Below are positions 55,995 through 64,000 of a stretch of DNA of 64,000 nucleotides, piece after piece (within the stretch, counting starts at the first letter, position 1; the number at the start of each line of letters is the position of its first letter). The notes beneath the pieces are model-generated. The model ran no database searches. It worked only from the letters and a program-made list of their open reading frames with translations, and was not told the origin of the DNA. The stretch lies in the IMG/VR virus record IMGVR_UViG_3300021960_000027, positions 32,001 to 96,000 of that record. The stretch is one strand, 5' to 3'. The translations under genes and the position numbers were made by a program. This stretch comes from a virus.

Positions 55995-57493
55995 TGGCTA
56001 TCAACTTTCCTGATTCCCCCTCCGTAAACGACACCCATACAGTTGGTGACAAGACTTGGACTTGGGACGGTACTGCTTGGAACGTAGTTGTTGGGGGCAT
56101 CCCCACAACCATCAATGAACTTACAATCACAAACGACCTGACAGTTGATACAAACACCCTTTATGTCGATTCTACAAACAACCGGCTTGGTATCGGTACA
56201 ACCAGCCCTGCGACGACATTAGACGTTGAAGGTGCAATCGAAGGTCACGCGATCAGCGCATCTACAGATGCGGTTCTTAACCTGAAGGCATCATACGCGC
56301 AACTCCAGTTAACAGACACCGACGACAGCACCTACATCCATTACTCGTATAGTGGTGGCGTACTTCGCCATCGCTACAACAGTTACAACGCAAATGAGTT
56401 CCTCACGCTTGACGCAGTGAATGGGAGGGTCGGTATCGGTACAACCAACCCTGCAACGACTTTGGAAGTAGCCGGTGCCGCGGCTCATATCCGTATTACT
56501 GACTCGGATACTGCTGGCACTACTGGTATTGATTTTTACGACAGCAACGGCACGGCAGATGTTGAGTTGGAGGTTGGTAACTCTACTCAGTATTTTGCGA
56601 TCAAAACCGCTGGTTCTGAGGCGATGCGTATTGATTCGTCGGGCAATGTCGGTATCGGTACAACCAGTCCAAATCAGAAACTTGATGTTGATGGCAACCT
56701 TGCTGTTCGTGGCAAAATGGTCACAGGATTATCCACATTCACCCAAGAACCGTGGGCTAACTCAACTATTGCTCTAGGTAACTACGGGTTCGTTGGGACA
56801 GAAGGTTCCTATGGGACATCGCTGGTGTGGAACTGGGAACGTGGTACAGATTCTGGTTACTACAGTTTGGGTGTCAACTCGTACACTTCCGCGGCTGGTA
56901 TCCACATGCGTAACGATGGTATTCGTTTCCAGTTTGATTCGTCATGGGGTGCTACATCGGAACCCACGACCAGAATGCAGGTGCTTGCGACTGGAGTCAA
57001 CATACTCACACAGGTACAGAGTCAGCGAATACTTCCGTTTTCAGATAACACATACAACTTGGGCGACGGGGTTTTGAGGTGGGCAAATATATACGGTGCC
57101 ACCGGGTCAGTAAATAGTTCAGACATTAGGGATAAGACAGACATTTTGGATTTGGATTACGGTCTTGAGTTTATTCAAAGTCTTAGACCTGTCAAATACC
57201 GATTTGATGACAGAGATGCTGAAGCACCCGGAGTTAGAACACACATGGGTTTCATTGCTCAAGAAGTTGCCGAGGCAATGGGTCAAGAGGCAACAAACAG
57301 AGGTGTTTGGACAAGTACGCTAAATTCTGTTTTGGAAACGACAGATGAAGAAGGAAACACTATAACCATCACAAGAGATCGTCAGGGTTTGCGTTACTCC
57401 GAGTTCATCGCCCCCATAGTGAAGTCTGTACAAGAGTTGTCGTCTATGGTTGCCACTTTGACTGCCCGTATTGAAGCGTTAGAGACTAACTAA
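55994..57493 (+). CDS. Tail fibre with C-terminal intramolecular chaperone (peptidase S74)
   Basis: MAINFPDSP; GIGTT.P repeats; SSDIRDKTDI..LRPVKY..GFIAQEV..LRYSEFIAPIVKSVQEL. Confidence 0.9.
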   Translation: MAINFPDSPSVNDTHTVGDKTWTWDGTAWNVVVGGIPTTINELTITNDLTVDTNTLYVDSTNNRLGIGTTSPATTLDVEGAIEGHAISASTDAVLNLKASYAQLQLTDTDDSTYIHYSYSGGVLRHRYNSYNANEFLTLDAVNGRVGIGTTNPATTLEVAGAAAHIRITDSDTAGTTGIDFYDSNGTADVELEVGNSTQYFAIKTAGSEAMRIDSSGNVGIGTTSPNQKLDVDGNLAVRGKMVTGLSTFTQEPWANSTIALGNYGFVGTEGSYGTSLVWNWERGTDSGYYSLGVNSYTSAAGIHMRNDGIRFQFDSSWGATSEPTTRMQVLATGVNILTQVQSQRILPFSDNTYNLGDGVLRWANIYGATGSVNSSDIRDKTDILDLDYGLEFIQSLRPVKYRFDDRDAEAPGVRTHMGFIAQEVAEAMGQEATNRGVWTSTLNSVLETTDEEGNTITITRDRQGLRYSEFIAPIVKSVQELSSMVATLTARIEALETN

Positions 57494-57506
57494 AAGGAGT
57501 GAATAA

Positions 57507-57659
57507 ATGAATGCAAGTATTGAAGAAGTACAGGGAATTATTGATTCATTGTTGGAGCAAGTAAAAACATTGTCTCTTCAGAATGCAATTTTGAACGGAA
57601 AAATTAGGTTGCTTTCTTCCACTTCACCTACCGATCAGAAAGATTCTTCTGACGAATAA
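57507..57659 (+). CDS. 50-aa coiled-coil protein (not in ORF track)
   Basis: AAGGAG RBS; MNASIEEVQGIIDSLLEQVKTLSLQNAILNGKIRLL... Confidence 0.6.
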   Translation: MNASIEEVQGIIDSLLEQVKTLSLQNAILNGKIRLLSSTSPTDQKDSSDE

Positions 57660-57706
57660 ATATCTTATTACCCTGCCTCGGTTGGCGTAAGACAGGTTAA
57701 GAGGCG

Positions 57707-59974
57707 ATGGCTGAACTTCGTTATTCAATCGGCTCACTGGAAGTCGCTCAAGGTGCGTTGGCGGGAACCTCTCTTCCCGTACCAACGGTGTACGCGACTG
57801 GCAGGGTTTCGGGTTCGATTGCTTCGATGGGGTCAGGAAAAAAATCTTCTTCTGTAGATTCTTTTGCCTACTTTTTGACCGAATCTTCTGCGAGTGGTCA
57901 ACGAAAGGCAATTCCTTCTTCGTCATCTGATGTTACGATTTCATTATCTTGTGCTGGAGACAGGAATTCTAAATCAACTGCAAATTCTTCTGTTGGAACT
58001 GCTCTTCTTGTAAACGCAGTCCGCAATTCATCAAATGATGGCGCAACAAGAATTGCATTTCCGCTTTTCTCAACTTGTGCGAAGTCTGGGGGAGGCTCTG
58101 GGAATTCAAATATTTCACTTGCTCCGTATGGAGGTGGGGGCAAGGGAATTTCTTTAGATTCCATTCTTGCAATGATGGTTTCTCAGGAAACATCTGTGGT
58201 TCCATCAATTAGTGGTTCGTCAACTATCTCTTTTGCGCTTCCCAATTACGGGACAGGAAGTCCGCAAGACATTGGCGCAAGTAGAATGCCGGTGGCTGTC
58301 GAAGCGGTTGCGGAAGGCTCTCCGACAAAAACTGCTTCCTCTTCACTGCTGTTTGGTCTTTCGGCGTTGTCGACCTGTTCACGCTCTGTTGGAGCGGAGT
58401 CTTCTACAGACATTGCTATCGAAGCAGACTGTGGGGCAACCAAGTCAAATGCAGGGGAAGGTCAGGTTGAATGCAGTGTAGAAACCACTTCTTTTGTATC
58501 ACGAAACCTGATCGCCCAGTCGATTGTTGATTTCGCTTTTCAATGCGAATCAAGTCAAGTAACAGTTGTAGAGATTCATTATGGTTCAGGTTCTTCATCG
58601 CTTGCGTTTGGTTTTGAAGCGACGATTTCTTCCGTCAGCCGATCTGGTGTTGCAGGCAATGCTGTTGTTTCTGGAGCAACTACTGCTCAGTGCAATCGTA
58701 CGGCAGATGATGTCACTGCTAAAACGTCTGCCGTTCTTGAAGTTTCTGTTGACTGCAAAAAGGCGATACCAAGTTCTGGTGATACTTCCATTTCTGTATT
58801 GGCAGATGTCGCTTCGGAAAAGCAGATCGAAGCGGTCGGAGAGTCGTCTGTCTCAATAGCACTTCCTGTCGCATCAACGAAAGATACTGATTCCGAGTCT
58901 TCTGCCTCGCTGTCTATTGCTACTGCTGTTGAGGCATTGAGAGACGCAGAGCCAACGACAAAACTTCCGTTGTTGATTTCGACAAGAGCGCAAAGCGGAC
59001 CGGCTTCAACAAGACAGGTAATTTCTCTTCGCACCTTCTCACTTGCTTACCCGAATAAAGTTGTGTCTGAATCTCCTGTTGGGGTTGCAGTTCATGGCGA
59101 AGGGCACGCAGTTGGAGAGAGAATAGTTGGCTCTTTCTTGTCGGTCGGGGTGCGTGGATATGTTGGTGCTACCAAATCTGTGCCTCAAGAATCTTCTGTT
59201 GAAACGTCTGTTCGTGTTGGGGCACTTTCACTAAAAGACGTTCCGCAAGAGAGTTCACAGGCAGTTGGTGTTGCAGGAACATCTGTATGTGTTCGTGCAA
59301 CCACGGATGCGTCTGGTCAATGCCCAGCATCAAGTTCCTCTAATACGTTTGCGCTTCGTCGTCAATATGTGACGGCAGAGGTTGAGGTTTCAGTTGCTGG
59401 TGGGGGTGTCCCACTGAAGGGTGCTGTTCCAACGGGTATTTTGGCAGAGGCAATATTGCCGGTTGCGTTGTCCTCAAAGTCTCTTCTGGCTTCATCATCT
59501 GTCCCATACACAATTACGTTCATCCCACTCTCTGTTGCCGATCACAGTGGGTCTGGAGAATCAAGTCTTGGTGCAACAATTTCGGTCAGTGCCGTCAAGG
59601 AGTCGATTGAGAATTCACTGCTTGAGGTTTCCTCTATTGTCGGGGGAGATGTTGGTTTCCGAAACTCATTCCCAGACTCAATCATTCTCTCCATGTTCGC
59701 TGGAACATCATTGGCAGAAGTCGGGGACGCAGGCATTCTTGCCGGTCCGACCATCTACAAGTTTGGCGAAAGAGTTGTTGTTTTTGAGGCCGCGGCAGAA
59801 TCCAATGGACAGGACAGAATGTCTGTTGATAGTTCTGGGGCTAGGATTACGATTACCGAAGAGGGTGTTAGTTCAGACGACGAAGTGAAGGTGTCGACAA
59901 GAGCCTCGCGAGTCTCAGTTACTCAAACTGGAGGAAATCGTCCGACCAGTAGGATTACTCGCCCGACCAACTAG
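57707..59974 (+). CDS. Ser/Ala/Val-rich protein with ~20-residue periodicity (probable fibrous virion protein)
   Basis: 755 aa of degenerate 20-aa units; GAGG RBS. Confidence 0.65.
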   Translation: MAELRYSIGSLEVAQGALAGTSLPVPTVYATGRVSGSIASMGSGKKSSSVDSFAYFLTESSASGQRKAIPSSSSDVTISLSCAGDRNSKSTANSSVGTALLVNAVRNSSNDGATRIAFPLFSTCAKSGGGSGNSNISLAPYGGGGKGISLDSILAMMVSQETSVVPSISGSSTISFALPNYGTGSPQDIGASRMPVAVEAVAEGSPTKTASSSLLFGLSALSTCSRSVGAESSTDIAIEADCGATKSNAGEGQVECSVETTSFVSRNLIAQSIVDFAFQCESSQVTVVEIHYGSGSSSLAFGFEATISSVSRSGVAGNAVVSGATTAQCNRTADDVTAKTSAVLEVSVDCKKAIPSSGDTSISVLADVASEKQIEAVGESSVSIALPVASTKDTDSESSASLSIATAVEALRDAEPTTKLPLLISTRAQSGPASTRQVISLRTFSLAYPNKVVSESPVGVAVHGEGHAVGERIVGSFLSVGVRGYVGATKSVPQESSVETSVRVGALSLKDVPQESSQAVGVAGTSVCVRATTDASGQCPASSSSNTFALRRQYVTAEVEVSVAGGGVPLKGAVPTGILAEAILPVALSSKSLLASSSVPYTITFIPLSVADHSGSGESSLGATISVSAVKESIENSLLEVSSIVGGDVGFRNSFPDSIILSMFAGTSLAEVGDAGILAGPTIYKFGERVVVFEAAAESNGQDRMSVDSSGARITITEEGVSSDDEVKVSTRASRVSVTQTGGNRPTSRITRPTN

Positions 59975-60067
59975 GGTTGATTATTTTATTTCATTTGTGT
60001 TACAATCGCTGATAACACAAACGCTACCTTTGACAAAGTAGCCCTACCGCCAAGGGAAAGTCGAAAC

Positions 60068-60622
60068 ATGCTTTTTAAATATTACTTGCTGTTGCCCGTG
60101 TTGTTTTTTAGTTCGGTCTGGTCGTGGTCAACCCAAGGTGACCCACCAGCACCGCCAGAACTGTCGTATTCTGAGGTCGTTGAGTTCGATCCGGTTGTTA
60201 ATGTCTCAACCACATCAACCATTCCTTCAACAACCGCATCAACCACATCAACCATTCCTCCAGCAACTACCGTTCCCGAAACGACAACAACTGTTTCGGG
60301 CTTTGATGATGCTGAGTGTCCAGAGATTTGGGATGTCGCTCTCAGCGTTGGGTGGAAGCAAGAGTGGCTTCCATTGCTGGACAAGATTGTCATTGCCGAA
60401 AGTCAATGTACGGAATCCATCGTTTCTCGCACCAAGGATTATGGATACACGCAAATCAACTGGTCTGCCCACGGCTCACGACTTACTGCCAACGGGGTGA
60501 GTCGGGAAGACTTGCTGGTTGCTGAAATCAATTTACGAGAAGCACTTTGGATTGCCGTGTACGCAGAAGAGCATTACGGGTGCTGGAGCCAGCCGTGGTA
60601 CATGTCAGGAAAATGGTGTTGA
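60068..60622 (+). CDS. Signal-peptide/Thr-linker lysozyme-like (SLT) transglycosylase
   Basis: Hydrophobic N-terminus, Thr-rich linker, AESQC..DYGYTQIN..NL..A..W.PW. Confidence 0.7.
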   Translation: MLFKYYLLLPVLFFSSVWSWSTQGDPPAPPELSYSEVVEFDPVVNVSTTSTIPSTTASTTSTIPPATTVPETTTTVSGFDDAECPEIWDVALSVGWKQEWLPLLDKIVIAESQCTESIVSRTKDYGYTQINWSAHGSRLTANGVSREDLLVAEINLREALWIAVYAEEHYGCWSQPWYMSGKWC

Positions 60623-60688
60623 GCATCCTCCTGTAAATTACATTATTGTGATATGCTTCCCCGATGGCTTTAGGGAGTAGTCAACTGC

Positions 60689-60928
60689 GTGTTTACGCGT
60701 GAATCGTGGATGGACAGGTCTTCCTGCCAAACGTACCCAACTGAAGTGTTTTTTCCAGACGAGTCTTCTCGTAAAAAGGATAAGGGTCGTGAGGCAATGT
60801 TGATTTGCTCCACTTGTCCCGTTCGTTCGGAGTGCTGGGATTATGCATGCCGATTCAAAGTGACTCACGGTGTATGGGCAGGTGTACTTTTAACCCCAAG
60901 AGGAAGAAGGGTAGATGTCGTTGAGTGA
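60689..60928 (+). CDS. whiB: WhiB-family Fe-S transcription factor
   Basis: W...SC..FFP..IC.TCPVR.EC..GVWAG. Confidence 0.9.
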   Translation: MFTRESWMDRSSCQTYPTEVFFPDESSRKKDKGREAMLICSTCPVRSECWDYACRFKVTHGVWAGVLLTPRGRRVDVVE

Positions 60929-61466
60929 CCATGTAACAAGAGAAGAGTTTGATTCTCTTTTGGAGTACGTTCGTGAACTTGGGGTTAAACCCCCGATGAT
61001 GAACAGCCAAGAATTAACCGAGTTAGACGAAGTCAGGTCTGCTCTGGAAAGTTATCGGTCTTCTATTGAGGGCATCGTTTCCGACTGGAAAGCCATGCTC
61101 ATCAGACCAATGCCCATCGATGCATACGCAATTACACTTGCACTTGCCTTGGCTCAGGTAGCCAATGAAATTCATTTTCAAGATAAGGCTTCGGGATGTA
61201 CTGGCTGTGAGAAGAAACTTATGCCAAGCACCGTAGACATTGTGCGAAAGACTTACACGGCAACGTCAGGTCAAAGTGAGGCGATTAGGGGATTCATTCA
61301 GTGGGCTTCACAGCATCTTTCGGTTGCATTTGAAAACGACGACCCAGAGGCGAAGGTAATTGTTTCAAACCTCGCCGCGGCAGAGATGATTGATGTCATC
61401 GATTCTGCGTGGAGTCAGAAGTTAGTGCAGACACCAAGTCAGATTAGTGATACGTTAGAGAGTTAG
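60915..61466 (+). CDS. Hypothetical protein
   Basis: Overlaps whiB end; 183 aa. Confidence 0.6.
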   Translation: MSLSDHVTREEFDSLLEYVRELGVKPPMMNSQELTELDEVRSALESYRSSIEGIVSDWKAMLIRPMPIDAYAITLALALAQVANEIHFQDKASGCTGCEKKLMPSTVDIVRKTYTATSGQSEAIRGFIQWASQHLSVAFENDDPEAKVIVSNLAAAEMIDVIDSAWSQKLVQTPSQISDTLES

Positions 61467-61495
61467 TCCCGAAGTCAAATTAGGAGGCATATCAA

Positions 61496-61759
61496 ATGGC
61501 AGTCACCAAGGAAGACTCAGCGAGTGTTTTCATGGAAATACTCAAGTCGTCTAGCACGAAGAAAGAGGTTTGCTCTTTTCAGGCTCTCATTGACGGGATG
61601 GATGAAAAACTCCAGTCTGTTGTGGTTTCCGCTCTTGGCAATCAGGAATTTACGACTGCCTCTATCTATCGAACTCTTCAAGCGATGGGCTTCAAGATCG
61701 GTCGTGAATCTATCTCTCATCACCGAAATCTTGACTGTCGTTGTCGGGAGGAAAAATAA
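61496..61759 (+). CDS. Small HTH/Zn-binding protein
   Basis: C..IYRTL..G..I...HR..CRC; AGGAGG RBS. Confidence 0.65.
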   Translation: MAVTKEDSASVFMEILKSSSTKKEVCSFQALIDGMDEKLQSVVVSALGNQEFTTASIYRTLQAMGFKIGRESISHHRNLDCRCREEK

Positions 61760-62790
61760 TGCCTAAGCAAGATTCCTCGTTTGGTGAACTTGATCCATTC
61801 CAGTTATTCACTGAAAACGAGCAGTTAAGGAATGCTCTTCAGCGACAGCAAAGGGCTACCGCTACAGCGAAGAGAAAGACTGAAGACTTGGTCGCCGCGG
61901 TTTATCAAGCCGCGAGCGACGCGGCCATTTCGTTCGGCAAGCCATCCAAGGTTTCTAGGCCACCTTCAGACAAGCGCAAGGGTGGGGAAGAGGTTGCACT
62001 GATTCATGCGACCGACTGGCAGTTGGGTAAGAAAACGGGTTCTTACGACATCGAAACTTGCGAAAAGCGCATCATGCAGTTCGCAGGGAAAATCGAAAAG
62101 TTGACCAACATTCAGCGGGCAGATCATCCAGTCAAAAAATGTCATGTGATGTTCGGTGGAGACATGGTAGAGGGAACAAGTATCTTCCCCGGTCAGGCTT
62201 GGGAAGTTGAGGCACATTTGTTTGAGCAGTTGTTTGCTACTGCACGACTGATGGAGTCTTTTGTCAATCACATGCTTTCCATTTTTGATGAGGTCAGTGT
62301 TACCTGTGAGTATGGCAATCACGGTCGTTTGGGGCGCAAGGGTGAGAATCCTGCTGGAGACAATATTGACCGCATGGCGTATTCCATTGCTGGAGACAAG
62401 TTTGCCGACAATAAGCGGGTGTCATGGAAGACCAGTGGCGACTGGTATCAAACAGTAGAGATTGGTAAGTACCGCGCCCTGCTGGTACACGGTGACGAGA
62501 TTAAGTCATTCGGTGGAAACACCCCAGCGTTTGGCATTTTGAGAAAGTGCAATCAGTGGGCGAGCGGAGTTGTTGAATCGTTCCAAGACGTTTACATGGG
62601 TCACTTCCACACTCCGATGACACTGACAATGGCAAACGGTGGTCAGATTTATGTGTCTGGCTCTCCAGAATCTGAGAACGCTTATGCCGCGGAATTTGTC
62701 GCGGCAACGGGACAGCCATCACAACGTCTTCACTTCGTCAGCCCCGATGCAGGCAAAGTGACTGCGTCTTACCTTGTCTGGCTGGACTAA
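61759..62790 (+). CDS. Calcineurin-like metallophosphoesterase
   Basis: TDWQLG, GGDMVEG, GNHGR, VHGD, GHFH. Confidence 0.8.
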   Translation: MPKQDSSFGELDPFQLFTENEQLRNALQRQQRATATAKRKTEDLVAAVYQAASDAAISFGKPSKVSRPPSDKRKGGEEVALIHATDWQLGKKTGSYDIETCEKRIMQFAGKIEKLTNIQRADHPVKKCHVMFGGDMVEGTSIFPGQAWEVEAHLFEQLFATARLMESFVNHMLSIFDEVSVTCEYGNHGRLGRKGENPAGDNIDRMAYSIAGDKFADNKRVSWKTSGDWYQTVEIGKYRALLVHGDEIKSFGGNTPAFGILRKCNQWASGVVESFQDVYMGHFHTPMTLTMANGGQIYVSGSPESENAYAAEFVAATGQPSQRLHFVSPDAGKVTASYLVWLD

Positions 62791-63200
62791 TGATACCCGT
62801 CGTTGTTGTCTGGAAAGATGCCCATTCTGGTTCTAACTCTTGGCTTCAGGTCGACGGCTACGAGGATGATGGTGACTGTCAGATTCTTTCTATGGGATTT
62901 TTTTGTGAAAATCTAAAAAATGGTCACGTTGCGCTGGCACAATCGGTAGACCCCGATAATAATGTCGATTCCCTACTCTTCATTCCTGAAGAGATGGTGC
63001 AGGGGATTGTCGTATTGAACGGGAAAGGGTTTCCAGAGCGTGATGAAGATGGATCGATTGACACTACAGGACTTGGCTCAAATAAAGTTTTTTCTTCAGA
63101 GGGTTGTGCCTCGCGGGGAGGACGAGCAGAAGCAGTTGGTTCGGTTGATCTCTCTGACGGAAGCGTCGTTTTTGACGAAAACCAATTAACGCTTTTTTGA
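62790..63200 (+). CDS. Hypothetical protein
   Basis: V.WKDAH..S.GF..LAQS..IP..MV motif common in phage hypotheticals; TAATG coupling. Confidence 0.65.
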   Translation: MIPVVVVWKDAHSGSNSWLQVDGYEDDGDCQILSMGFFCENLKNGHVALAQSVDPDNNVDSLLFIPEEMVQGIVVLNGKGFPERDEDGSIDTTGLGSNKVFSSEGCASRGGRAEAVGSVDLSDGSVVFDENQLTLF

Positions 63201-63225
63201 CCAACCGGAGTGGTATTGTTGGGGC

Positions 63226-63702
63226 ATGGAAGTTTGCGGTGAGCCACACCCAGCAATGCCCGAAACATTTTGCCAAACTCCACTAGGTGTTTCACACGCT
63301 GACCACATCTGCGGTTCGGTGGTATGGGACAATGAAGATTTTTCTATGCCTTTGCCAGTGGCTGGAGCAAAGAAGTCTTCTTCTCGCTCTGACCTTTTGC
63401 GACTTGCTCGCCAAGCATCGTCTTTTGAGGGGCGAGTTCCAATTAGCGATGTCGACCCAAAGGTGATTGATCGGGTTGAATCGATTGTGATGAAGATTGC
63501 TTCCCGTGGAGAACCATTCACTACCGATTTGGTTTGGTATGAACTTGGAGAGGACGATGGGTTTTCTGACCGCCGTCATCTTGGTTCAATCATGTTGAGG
63601 CTGGCGAAGAGGAATCTCATTAAGAAAACCGGCTACGCGGTTCAATCCGAGCGCAGAAGTGGTGCCCCAGTCAACCAGTGGGTGATTGTGGGGAGTGATT
63701 GA
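63226..63702 (+). CDS. Hypothetical protein, C-terminal winged-helix-like
   Basis: FTTDLVW..LGSIM..LIKKTG..S.R..W. Confidence 0.6.
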   Translation: MEVCGEPHPAMPETFCQTPLGVSHADHICGSVVWDNEDFSMPLPVAGAKKSSSRSDLLRLARQASSFEGRVPISDVDPKVIDRVESIVMKIASRGEPFTTDLVWYELGEDDGFSDRRHLGSIMLRLAKRNLIKKTGYAVQSERRSGAPVNQWVIVGSD

Positions 63703-63773
63703 TTTGGAGCCGACAGTCGTTTTCTTCTATGATAATTTCAGTTTCGATTTGACCTATTCCATTGGGGGATCAA

Positions 63774-63941
63774 ATGGCAGTTAAAGTTGCAGTTGCTAAG
63801 TCAGAGGACATCGATGAAAGACTTCCAGAAGGAGAGTTTCTTGTTGAGGTTCTTCCGAACGGTGAAGTACATCTTGCGTTTCGCGGGGATCGCTATGAGC
63901 GTTGGGGCATGGGCACTTGGGAGCCGACAAAGAGTGGATGA
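63774..63941 (+). CDS. 55-aa hypothetical protein (not in ORF track)
   Basis: GGGGG RBS; MAVKVAVAKSEDIDERLPEGEFLVEVLPNGEVHLAFRG... Confidence 0.5.
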   Translation: MAVKVAVAKSEDIDERLPEGEFLVEVLPNGEVHLAFRGDRYERWGMGTWEPTKSG

Positions 63942-64000
63942 GCAAGTTGAAGAACTGTCAATCCCAATCGGTGGTTATTTGTGGTATTGCCTAGAACACA

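Noticed and set aside
59975-60067. c-di-AMP (ydaO) riboswitch upstream of the muralytic enzyme
   Set aside because: The spacer is too short and lacks the recognisable conserved elements; only two small hairpins are present
1-64000. Alternative genetic code or stop-codon readthrough
   Set aside because: Core genes are full length in the standard code, and TAA, TAG and TGA all end genes at sensible, often coupled, positions

Overview
This is a 64-kb segment of a large contractile-tailed (myovirus-like) phage, almost all on the + strand. The host is probably actinobacterial: there is a WhiB gene, a TIGR04338-like HEXXH protein, SigA-type promoters including a leaderless one, and a DnaE/DnaB/DnaC/RecA/RuvC block reminiscent of Bxz1-like actinophages. 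Layout: baseplate genes (1-11.3 kb); SNF2 helicase and accessory region (11.3-21.5 kb); replication/recombination block (21.6-37.8 kb); terminase large subunit and a GNAT/ADP-ribosyltransferase polyvalent protein (38-42.8 kb); tail-fibre region (42.9-60 kb); small regulatory/accessory genes to the end. Three things stand out. (1) A virion-type protein carries a ~140-residue, ~46% histidine insert and is followed in the same tightly coupled gene run by two 2OG-Fe(II) oxygenases, a flavin-dependent halogenase and a cupin-like protein. This is a candidate metal-loaded, post-translationally modified fibre system. (2) Several 'polyprotein' ORFs have unrelated modules separated by a recurring (A/S)-S-R-K-T-A-(G/S)-like motif, a candidate processing/packaging signal for effector cargo. 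(3) A ~420-nt densely base-paired non-coding element with GNRA/UUCG loops lies just after an orphan HicA-like gene. All calls are by eye from motifs; no database searches were run.
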